Shown here: piece by piece, positions 52,584-60,133 of the stretch | Layout: each line of letters starts with the position of its first letter | Numbering within the stretch: position 1 is the first letter of the stretch | NCBI GenBank assembly: GCA_964525755.1 | Contig: CAZGIK010000004.1 | Span: 16,170 to 80,169, forward strand | Reading direction: 5' to 3' | DNA: 64,000 nt | Origin: an uncultured Verrucomicrobiota bacterium | Lineage (GTDB): Bacteria; Verrucomicrobiota; Verrucomicrobiia; Limisphaerales; UBA9464 | Notes under the pieces: model-generated | The model's input: only the letters and a program-made list of their open reading frames with translations | What the model was told of the DNA's origin: nothing | The model's database searches: none | Made by a program: the position numbers and the translations under genes

Positions 52584-53726
52584 ATGGTCCCCGCCGCCTT
52601 CCGACGCCGCCTCCGCTCCGCCGTGGTCCTGCTTGCCGTCGCCTGGGCCGGGATCGTCCCGACCGCCCGGGTTTCGGCCGACTGGCCCATGTTCCGCGGC
52701 GACCCGGCCCAGCGCGGCGTGGCCCAGGGTTCCCTGCCGGAGTCCCTCGCACTCCGGTGGAGCTTCGAGACCGGCGACCCGGTCTACTCGACCGCGGCCA
52801 TCGTCGGCGACCGGGTCTACGTCGGATCCGGCGATTCGAACGTCTTCTGCCTCCGCCTCGACGACGGGTCGAAGGTCTGGTCCTTCGCCGCCGGGGCGCC
52901 GATCGAGGCTTCCCCCCTGGTCCTCGACGGCCGGCTGTACGTGGGCGACGCCAACACCAATTTCTTCTGCCTCGACGCCGCCACCGGCCGCGAGCTGTGG
53001 CGGACCGGGTTCGAGGACAAGGTCAAGAGCAGTGCCAACTGGTACCGGACCGCGGTCGATGCCCCGCCCCAGATCCTCGTGGGCAGCTACGACTTCCGCC
53101 TCTACAGCCTCGACCCGCTCACCGGACGCACCGGCTGGTCGTACGAGACCGGCAACTACATCAACGGATCCCCCGCCGTGTCCGACGGTTTCACCGCCTT
53201 CGGCGGATGCGACGCCCTGATCCACATCGTCGGACTGGCCGACGGGACCAAGATCCGCGAGGTCGAGGCCGGCGCCTACATCATCGGATCGGCTGCGATC
53301 GTCGACGGCCGCGCCTACCTCGGGCATTACGACAACGAGTTCCTGTGCGTCGACCTCCAGAAGGGCGAGGTGGTCTGGCGCTACCGTGACCGGGCCTTCC
53401 CCTACGCCAGTTCCCCCGCCGTGACCGCCGACCGCGTGCTGTTCGGCGGACGCGACAAGCGGCTCCACTGCGTCGACCGCACGACCGGCCGCGCCACCTG
53501 GGTCTTCCCCACCCGGGGGAAGGTCGAAAGCTCACCGGTGGTCGCCGGGGACAAGGTGGTCTTCGGCTCCGATGACGGCCGCGTCTATCTCCTCGCCCTC
53601 GCCGACGGCCGCGAGCTCTGGTCCTACGAGGTCGGCCAGCCCGTCCAGAGCTCCCCGGCGGTCGCCGGCGGACGGGTGGTGATCGGATGCGACGACGGCC
53701 ACATCTACTGCTTCGGGCCCCGTTGA
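52584..53726 (+). CDS. PQQ-like (BamB-like) beta-propeller repeat protein, secreted
   Basis: In-frame ATG at 52584 (MVPAAFRRRLRSAVVLLAVAWAG signal). Repeated units A-x-V-x-D-G-x-VYVGS-x-D-x-x-[FL]-x-C-[LV]-D-x-x-x-G-x-x-x-W occur about 8 times. Confidence 0.8.
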   Translation: MVPAAFRRRLRSAVVLLAVAWAGIVPTARVSADWPMFRGDPAQRGVAQGSLPESLALRWSFETGDPVYSTAAIVGDRVYVGSGDSNVFCLRLDDGSKVWSFAAGAPIEASPLVLDGRLYVGDANTNFFCLDAATGRELWRTGFEDKVKSSANWYRTAVDAPPQILVGSYDFRLYSLDPLTGRTGWSYETGNYINGSPAVSDGFTAFGGCDALIHIVGLADGTKIREVEAGAYIIGSAAIVDGRAYLGHYDNEFLCVDLQKGEVVWRYRDRAFPYASSPAVTADRVLFGGRDKRLHCVDRTTGRATWVFPTRGKVESSPVVAGDKVVFGSDDGRVYLLALADGRELWSYEVGQPVQSSPAVAGGRVVIGCDDGHIYCFGPR

Positions 53727-53788
53727 CTCCCGTCCCACGCACCGCCTCCCCGACGGATCGGAACCGACGCGGAGATAGTACGTACAGG

Positions 53789-53794
53789 TATCAT
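53789..53794 (+). promoter_or_regulatory. Possible -10 element (TATCAT) in an AT-richer patch upstream of the radical SAM operon
   Basis: The patch 53773-53800 agatagtacgtacaggtatcatttgcgt is the only AT-rich stretch in the 133-nt spacer. It contains the palindrome GTACGTAC (53778-53785) and TATCAT. No convincing -35. Confidence 0.2.
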
Positions 53795-53859
53795 TTGCGT
53801 TGCCCCACCGGGTGGCATCGGCCATGGTGCGGGGCGACAAGACCGCGTCGCCAACGATC

Positions 53860-55209
53860 ATGAGCACCATCACCATCGCCCCGGCCCCGGTCCCGTCGGG
53901 GCCGCCGCTCCAGAAGGAAACCACGGTCGGCAACTATTTCGTCTCCAACTACCCGCCGTTCGGCTTCTGGAAGCCCGAGTCCATTCCCGAGCTGGAGGCG
54001 GCGCTGGACCGGCCGCCGGTGCCCGGGGTGCCCCTCGGGCTGTACACCCACATCCCCTTCTGCCGGAAACGCTGCCACTTCTGCTACTACCGGGTCTACA
54101 CCGACAAGGACGCGGCGGCGATCCGGGGGTATCTCGATGCGCTGCTGACCGAACTGACGCACTACGCGGGCCGGGCGTTCGTGGGCGGCCGGCTTCCGCG
54201 CTTCATCTACTTCGGCGGCGGGACACCCAGCTACCTGTCCCCGGCCCAGCTGGAGTACCTGACCTCCGGCATGAAGCGCCTGCTCCCGTGGGATGCGGCG
54301 GAGGAGGTGACCTTCGAGGCGGAACCGGGCACGCTGAACGACCAGAAGCTCCGCGCCATCCGCGACCTGGGCATCACCCGGCTCAGCCTCGGGATCGAGC
54401 ATTTCGACGACCACATCCTCGAGATCAACGGCCGGGCCCATCGCTCCCGGGAGATCGAGCGGGCCTATGCCTACGCCCGCGAGATCGGGTTCCCGCAGGT
54501 CAACATCGACCTGATCGCCGGGATGGTGGAGGAGACCGAGGAGAAGTGGCGGGAGACGGTCGACCGGGCCGTGGCGCTCCAGCCGGACTCGGTGACGATC
54601 TACCAGATGGAGGTGCCGTACAACACGACCCTCTACCAGCGGATGAAGGCCGAGGGGAAGCTGGTCGCGCCGGTGGCGGACTGGGAGACGAAGCGGCGCT
54701 GGGTGGATCACGCGTTCCGGGAGTTCGAACGCCACGGCTACACCGTCACCAGCACCACCACCGTGGTGCGCGACCCGGCCCGGGTGAAGTTCGCCTACCG
54801 GGACGGCCTGTTCTCCGGCGCCGACCTCCTCTCGATCGGCGTCGCCAGCTTCGGCCACATCAACGGGGTCCACTACCAGAACCAGCACGACTTCGACCCG
54901 TACGTCGAAGCCCTCCGCGAGGGCCGCCTGCCTGTCTACCGGGCCCTCACCCCGAAGCCCGACGAGCGGTACATCCGCGAGTTCATCCTCGGCCTGAAGC
55001 TCGGCCGGGTGGACATCGGCCACTTCACCCGGAAGTTCGGGACGGATCCGCGCCAGTTCTTCGCCACCCCCCTCGCCACCCTGCGCGAGGCCGGCCACCT
55101 CGTGGAGACGGAGGGGACGATCGGGGTCACCCGCGACGCCCTGCTGCAGATCGACCGGCTCCTCCGGGTCTTCTTCAAGCCCGAGCACACGGTGGGCCGC
55201 TACGTCTGA
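53860..55209 (+). CDS. Radical SAM enzyme, HemN/HemW (class C) family
   Basis: In-frame ATG at 53860. LYTHIPFCRKRCHFCYY (CX3CX2C). GGGTPS. HemN-like C-terminal domain. N-terminal NYFVSNYPPF. Confidence 0.85.
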   Translation: MSTITIAPAPVPSGPPLQKETTVGNYFVSNYPPFGFWKPESIPELEAALDRPPVPGVPLGLYTHIPFCRKRCHFCYYRVYTDKDAAAIRGYLDALLTELTHYAGRAFVGGRLPRFIYFGGGTPSYLSPAQLEYLTSGMKRLLPWDAAEEVTFEAEPGTLNDQKLRAIRDLGITRLSLGIEHFDDHILEINGRAHRSREIERAYAYAREIGFPQVNIDLIAGMVEETEEKWRETVDRAVALQPDSVTIYQMEVPYNTTLYQRMKAEGKLVAPVADWETKRRWVDHAFREFERHGYTVTSTTTVVRDPARVKFAYRDGLFSGADLLSIGVASFGHINGVHYQNQHDFDPYVEALREGRLPVYRALTPKPDERYIREFILGLKLGRVDIGHFTRKFGTDPRQFFATPLATLREAGHLVETEGTIGVTRDALLQIDRLLRVFFKPEHTVGRYV

Positions 55210-55226
55210 CCCGCCCGGCACGCACC

Positions 55227-56291
55227 ATGGACCGACGCCGATTCCTCCACCGGACCCTCGCCGGGGCCGCGGCCTGCCTCGCCGGGTGCGCCACCCGGGA
55301 TCCCGCCACCCGCGACCAGGTCGTCATGACCGTCCGCGGACCGGTCGCACCCGCCCGCCTCGGACGCACCCTGGCGCACGAGCACGTGGTGGTGGATTTC
55401 ATCGGGGCCGACCGGATCAGCCCGGGACGGTACGCCACGGACCAGGCGTTCGAGCTCATCCTCCCGCACCTGGTCCGCCTGCGCGAGTCGGGCATCCACA
55501 CGCTGGTGGAATGCACGCCGGCCTACATCGGGCGGCGGCCCGACTTCCTCCTGCGCCTCGCCCGGGCCAGCCGGATGCACGTGGTGACCAACACCGGGTG
55601 GTATGCCGCCGTCCAGGGCCGCTACCTGCCCCGCGAGGCCCGCGAGTGGGAGGTGGAACGGATCGCCGCCCACTGGCTGGACGAATGGATCCACGGGATC
55701 GACGGCACCGGCATCCGCCCCGGGTTCCTCAAGCTCGGCACCGGCAACGGCCCCCTCCCGGAGGTCGATGCCCGCCTGCTCCGCGCCGCGGCGCGGGTGC
55801 ATCGGGAGTCCGGGCTCCGGATCTTCCTGCACAGCGGCGACGGCGACGCGGCCCGCGACGCCGTGCGGCGCCTCGACGCCGAGGGGATCGCCCCGTCCGC
55901 CCTGGTCTGGGTCCACGCCCAGAACGATCCCGGGCCGATCCAGGTGGAGCTCGCGCGGCAGGGGACCTGGATCAGCCTCGACGGCTTCTCCCTCGCCCCG
56001 GCCAGCGCGGTGCGCCACGTGGAGGCCCTCACGCTGCACCGGGACTCCGGCACGCTCGGGAAGGTCCTCGTGTCGCATGACGACGGATGGCTGGTCGACG
56101 GCGACGCGCCGTCCGGGAACCGGCTCACGCTCTTCGCCAACGGCAACGTCACGCCGTACACGGCCATCGAGAACCGGCTGCTGCCCCAGTTGCTCGGACG
56201 GGGCTTCACCCCGGAGGATCTCGACCGAATCCAGCGGCGGAATCCCCAGTCCGTGCTGGCGGTCCCCGAACGACTGATCCCCCGCGCCTGA
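55227..56291 (+). CDS. Phosphotriesterase-family (amidohydrolase superfamily) protein with Tat/lipoprotein-like signal
   Basis: In-frame ATG at 55227. MDRRRFLHRTLAGAAACLAGC (RR motif + LAGC lipobox). TLAHEHV metal motif. Later ..FLKLGT.., HSGDG, VWVHAQ, SHDDGW are consistent with a binuclear-metal PTE fold. Confidence 0.75.
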   Translation: MDRRRFLHRTLAGAAACLAGCATRDPATRDQVVMTVRGPVAPARLGRTLAHEHVVVDFIGADRISPGRYATDQAFELILPHLVRLRESGIHTLVECTPAYIGRRPDFLLRLARASRMHVVTNTGWYAAVQGRYLPREAREWEVERIAAHWLDEWIHGIDGTGIRPGFLKLGTGNGPLPEVDARLLRAAARVHRESGLRIFLHSGDGDAARDAVRRLDAEGIAPSALVWVHAQNDPGPIQVELARQGTWISLDGFSLAPASAVRHVEALTLHRDSGTLGKVLVSHDDGWLVDGDAPSGNRLTLFANGNVTPYTAIENRLLPQLLGRGFTPEDLDRIQRRNPQSVLAVPERLIPRA

Positions 56292-56304
56292 CCCACACGC
56301 CGCC

Positions 56305-56868
56305 ATGCCCGCCAGCGCCCCCGCCCATCCGCCCAGTCGCCCGTCCATCGAGCCGCTCGACGAACTCTACCGCCGGGCCGGCCGGCCGCTGGCGGCCGTC
56401 ACCCTCCTCCCCCCGGAGGCGCTGCCCGAGCCCGACCGCTCGCTGCTGGTCCACGCCCACGACATGACCAGCACGCTCGAGGAGTTCCACGGCGACGGCA
56501 TCCACCTCGAGGTGCTCAGCCGGCGGGTGGAGGCGGACAGCCTGTGGCGCGAGGTGGTCTTGACCCTCGACCGGTCCGGCCGCCCGGTCGAGTTCGGCGC
56601 CATCCGGATCCACCTGGACCGCTTCCCGGAGCCCTGGCGCTCGCAGATCCTCGAGGGACGCCGGCCCTTGGGCGGCATCCTCAACGCCAGCGGCATCGAC
56701 TACCGGAGCCGTCCGACGGCCTTCTTCCGGTTCGAGCCCGAGGACTTCATGTCCCGGGCCCTGCACCTCACCGGCGCCAAGGCGCTGCACGGCCGATGCA
56801 ACACCCTGCGCACCGCCGACGGTGCCGTGCTCGCCGAGATCGTCGAGGTGCTGCCCCCGGCCGGATGA
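56305..56868 (+). CDS. Chorismate pyruvate-lyase-like (UbiC / DUF98 fold) protein
   Basis: Collinear by eye with E. coli UbiC as recalled: [15 protein letters not shown] ~ [36 protein letters not shown] ~ [32 protein letters not shown] ~ LGKTPLGRYL; C-terminal ..VLAEIVEVL ~ ..LLLTELFL. Confidence 0.6.
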   Translation: [187 protein letters not shown]

Positions 56869-56923
56869 CCCCGCGGTTGCCATCGAACGGAACCGCGGTA
56901 CCGGTGAACGAGGACCAGATTCC

Positions 56924-58201
56924 ATGAAGAAACCCGAAGAATTTGACGTGATCGTGGTGGGTGCCGGCCCGGCCGGCACCTCGGCCGCCACCGTCCTGGC
57001 CGGGCACGGACGCCGCGTGGTGGTGTTCGAGCGGGAACGCTTCCCCCGCTACCACGTGGGGGAGTCCATGATCCCCTTCACCTACCCGCCCCTCGAGCGG
57101 ATCGGCATGATCCCCCGCCTCCGCCAGTCGGGCTTCGTCAAGAAGTACAGCGTGCAGTTCGTCGCCCCGTCCGGACGCGCCTCCCAGCCGTTCTACTTCT
57201 TCAACCGGTACGACCGGGAGACGATCGCCCAATCCTGGCAGGTGCTGCGGAGCGAGTTCGACCAGATGCTGGTCGAGAACGCGCGCGAACGGGGTGTGGA
57301 TGTCCGCGAGGAACACTCCGTGCTCGAACTGCTCGTCGAGGACGGACGGCATGTCGGCGTCCGGGTCCGCCAACCCGACGGCTCGGAACGCGAGTTCCGC
57401 GCCCGGATGACCATCGACGCCACCGGACGCGAGGCGATCGCCGCCACCCGGAACGCCTGGCGCCGCGGTGATCCCAAGCTCAACAAGGTGGCCGTGTGGA
57501 CCTACTACGAGGGCAGCCGCCGCGAGGAGGGCATCGACGAGGGCCAGACCACCGTCGCCTTCATCCCGAACAAGGGCTGGTTCTGGCACATCCCCCTCCA
57601 CGGCGACCGGGTCAGCGTGGGGGTCGTCGCCGACGGACGCTACCTCACCCGCGACGGGCTCAAGGACCCGCGCGCGATCTTCGAGCGGGAGGTCCCGGAG
57701 AACCGCTGGATCGCCGAGCGGCTGGCCACCGGACGCTGCACCGGCGAGTTCTGGCTGACGTCGGAGTACACGTTCCGCTCCGAGTACTGCGCCGCCGACG
57801 GTCTGCTCCTCGTGGGGGACGCCTTCGGGTTCCTCGACCCGGTGTTCTCCAGCGGGATGATGCTGGCCCTCAAGAGCGGCGTGGCCGGGGCGGACGCCGT
57901 CCACGCCGCCCTGGAGGCGGACGACGTCGGCGCCGCCCGCTTCGAGGAGTACGGCCGCACCCTGCGCGAGGGGATCGAGAACATGCGCAAGCTGGTCTAC
58001 GCGTTCTACGACCCCGAGGTGAGCTTCAAGACGGTGTCCGACCAGGACCCGGCGCTGCACGGGGACCTGACCGACTGCCTGTCGGGCGATGTGAACAAGG
58101 ATTTCTCGCGCATGTTCGCCGCCTTCTCGAAGGTGACCGAGCTGCCCGAACCCCTGCCCCACGGCCGGCCGCTGGTCCGTCCCGCGGTGGCCGCCGCCTG
58201 A
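56924..58201 (+). CDS. FAD-dependent halogenase-like oxidoreductase (tryptophan-halogenase/geranylgeranyl-reductase superfamily)
   Basis: In-frame ATG at 56924. FDVIVVGAGPAGTSAA (GxGxxG). HVGESMIP..SGFVKKYSVQF parallels PrnA GEATIP..GAFKAAIKF, including the Lys position. GWFWHIPL equals the WxWxIP halogenase signature. LVGDAFGFLDPVFSSG. Confidence 0.75.
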   Translation: MKKPEEFDVIVVGAGPAGTSAATVLAGHGRRVVVFERERFPRYHVGESMIPFTYPPLERIGMIPRLRQSGFVKKYSVQFVAPSGRASQPFYFFNRYDRETIAQSWQVLRSEFDQMLVENARERGVDVREEHSVLELLVEDGRHVGVRVRQPDGSEREFRARMTIDATGREAIAATRNAWRRGDPKLNKVAVWTYYEGSRREEGIDEGQTTVAFIPNKGWFWHIPLHGDRVSVGVVADGRYLTRDGLKDPRAIFEREVPENRWIAERLATGRCTGEFWLTSEYTFRSEYCAADGLLLVGDAFGFLDPVFSSGMMLALKSGVAGADAVHAALEADDVGAARFEEYGRTLREGIENMRKLVYAFYDPEVSFKTVSDQDPALHGDLTDCLSGDVNKDFSRMFAAFSKVTELPEPLPHGRPLVRPAVAAA

Positions 58202-58224
58202 AGCCCGACGCTCCCATCCCTCCC

Positions 58225-59580
58225 ATGCACCTGGTCCAGATCACCCCCGGCGCCGGGGGCATGTATTGCGGGAACTGCTTTCGCGACAACGCGCTGGTGG
58301 CGGCGCTCCGGCGTCAGGGCCACGAGACCCTGATGGTGCCGCTGTACCTGCCGATGACCCTCGACGAGGATTCCACCGTGGAGGGCACCCCGACCTTCTT
58401 CGGCGGGATCAACGTCTACCTCGAGCAGCACTCGGCGTTCTTCCGCCGGGCCCCCCGGTGGATCCATCGCCTGCTCGCCTCCCCCCGCCTGCTCCGCTGG
58501 GCCGCCGGACGCGCCGCCAAGACCCGCGCCGAGGACGTGGGGGACCTCAACGTGTCCATGCTCCGCGGCGAGGAGGGAAACCAGGCCCGTGAACTGGAGG
58601 AACTCATCGGCTGGCTCCGCCTCCAGTCCCCGCCCGACGTGGTCTTCCTGTCCAACGCCCTGCTCGTCGGGTTCACCCGCCGCCTGCAGGCCGCCCTCGG
58701 CACCCGGGTGGTCGTCTTCCTCCAGAGCGAGGAATCGTTCCTCGACTCGATCCCCGAGCCCTGGCGGACCCAGAGCTGGGAGACCCTCGCCGAACGCGGC
58801 CGGGAGGTGGACGCGTGGATCGCCCCGACCCGGTATTTCGCCGACCGCATGTCGGAGCGCCTGGGACTCGACCCGGCCCGGGTCCACGTGGTGCCCAATG
58901 GCATCCGCCTCGAAGGCTACGACACCCTTGTCCGGCCCGACCTGCCCCAGCCGGTGATGGGCTACTTCGCCCGCATGTGCCCGGAGAAGGGGCTCGACGT
59001 GGTGATCGACGCCTTCATCGAGCTGAAGCGCCGCCGGACCATCCCCGGCCTCCGGCTCCGGGTCGGCGGCGGCTGCGGGCCGGGGGACGAGGCGTTCGTC
59101 GCCCGCCAGAAGAACAAGCTGGCCGGCGCCGGGATCCTCGCCGACGCCTCGTTCCATCCGAACCTCACCCGGGAGGAGAAGCTGCAGTTCTACGCGTCGT
59201 GCGACGTGATCTCGGTTCCCGCCCGGCAGAGCGAGGCGTTCGGCCTCTACGTGATCGAATCCCTCGCCGCCGGCACCCCGCTCGTCCAGCCCGACTTCGC
59301 CACCTTCCCGGAACTGCTGGCCGACACCGGCGGCGGCGTCCTGTGCGGACCCAACAACGCCTCGGCCCTGGCCGCCGCGTTGGAGCCGCTCCTCCGCGAC
59401 CGCGACCGGCTCCGCGCCCTCGGCGAGGCGGGCCGCCGCGCGGTCCGCGAGCGCTACACCGACGGCACCATGGCCCGGCAGGTGGCCGCGGTCGCGGAAC
59501 GGATCCGCGCCACCGGGCCCGGACGGGCCGCTCCCGCGGACGGATCCACCCCGCCCATTCCCAACCCCTCCCGCGGATGA
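58225..59580 (+). CDS. Glycosyltransferase family 4 (GT-B)
   Basis: In-frame ATG at 58225. C-terminal domain with E-x7-E (SEAFGLYVIESLAAGTPLV) and ..GYFARMCPEKGLDVVIDAF... Confidence 0.8.
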   Translation: MHLVQITPGAGGMYCGNCFRDNALVAALRRQGHETLMVPLYLPMTLDEDSTVEGTPTFFGGINVYLEQHSAFFRRAPRWIHRLLASPRLLRWAAGRAAKTRAEDVGDLNVSMLRGEEGNQARELEELIGWLRLQSPPDVVFLSNALLVGFTRRLQAALGTRVVVFLQSEESFLDSIPEPWRTQSWETLAERGREVDAWIAPTRYFADRMSERLGLDPARVHVVPNGIRLEGYDTLVRPDLPQPVMGYFARMCPEKGLDVVIDAFIELKRRRTIPGLRLRVGGGCGPGDEAFVARQKNKLAGAGILADASFHPNLTREEKLQFYASCDVISVPARQSEAFGLYVIESLAAGTPLVQPDFATFPELLADTGGGVLCGPNNASALAAALEPLLRDRDRLRALGEAGRRAVRERYTDGTMARQVAAVAERIRATGPGRAAPADGSTPPIPNPSRG

Positions 59581-60032
59581 CCCACGAGTTCCGGGCCACA
59601 CGGCGCGTCGAGTTCAGCGAGACCGACCTCGCCGGCATCGTCCACTTCTCCAACTTCTTCCGCTACATGGAGACGGTGGAGCACGCCTTCTGGCGGTCCC
59701 TCGGACACTCGGTGATCCTGCGGGACTTCGACCCGCCCCTCGGCTTCCCCAGGGTCCACGCCGCGTGCGACTACAAGCGTCCCCTGCATTTCGAGGACGT
59801 CGTCGAGATGCACCTCCTCGTGGCCGCCAAGTCGGCCCGCAGCCTCTCCTTCCAGATCCGGTTCCGCCGACTGGAACCCGGCCCGCCCGTCGACGTGGCC
59901 TCCGGCCGGCTCACCGTGGTCTGCGTCGCCAAGGGACCGGACGGTCGCTTTGCCGCGGTGCCCATCCCCCCGTCGGTGGCCGACCGCATCGGCGTCGCCC
60001 CCGCGGAACTCCTCGACCAGCCCCTGGCCTGA
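59577..60032 (+). CDS. Acyl-CoA thioesterase, 4HBT/YbgC hotdog family
   Basis: The ATG at 59577 overlaps the GT4 stop (ATGA). RVEFSETDLAGIVHFSNFFRYMETVEHAFWRSLG matches the 4-hydroxybenzoyl-CoA thioesterase-type N-terminal motif (D-x-x-G-x-V-x-x-x-x-Y/F). Confidence 0.8.
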   Translation: MTHEFRATRRVEFSETDLAGIVHFSNFFRYMETVEHAFWRSLGHSVILRDFDPPLGFPRVHAACDYKRPLHFEDVVEMHLLVAAKSARSLSFQIRFRRLEPGPPVDVASGRLTVVCVAKGPDGRFAAVPIPPSVADRIGVAPAELLDQPLA

Positions 60033-60061
60033 GAGCCTGACCGGAGTTTCCGGTCCGCTCT
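60032..60061 (+). terminator. GC-rich hairpin just after the thioesterase stop (candidate operon terminator, no T-tract)
   Basis: agagc-ct-gaccgga-gtt-tccggtc-c-gctct: a 5+7-bp stem with a small bulge, starting at the last base of the stop codon. Confidence 0.35.
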
Positions 60062-60133
60062 GAGCCGCATCCAAGCGGCAGGCCCCGGTGATCCGACGTT
60101 GACGGAGCGCTTCGCTCCCATCGGACTCCCCCC

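Noticed and set aside
50103-53726. Two >1,100-aa overlapping ORFs on opposite strands (50103..53468 minus; 50205..53726 plus)
   Set aside because: Each is real only in part: the minus gene from 52442 downward (DMFase-like) and the plus gene from 52584 onward (propeller). The remainders are mutual antisense shadows with Arg/Pro/Gly-rich translations.
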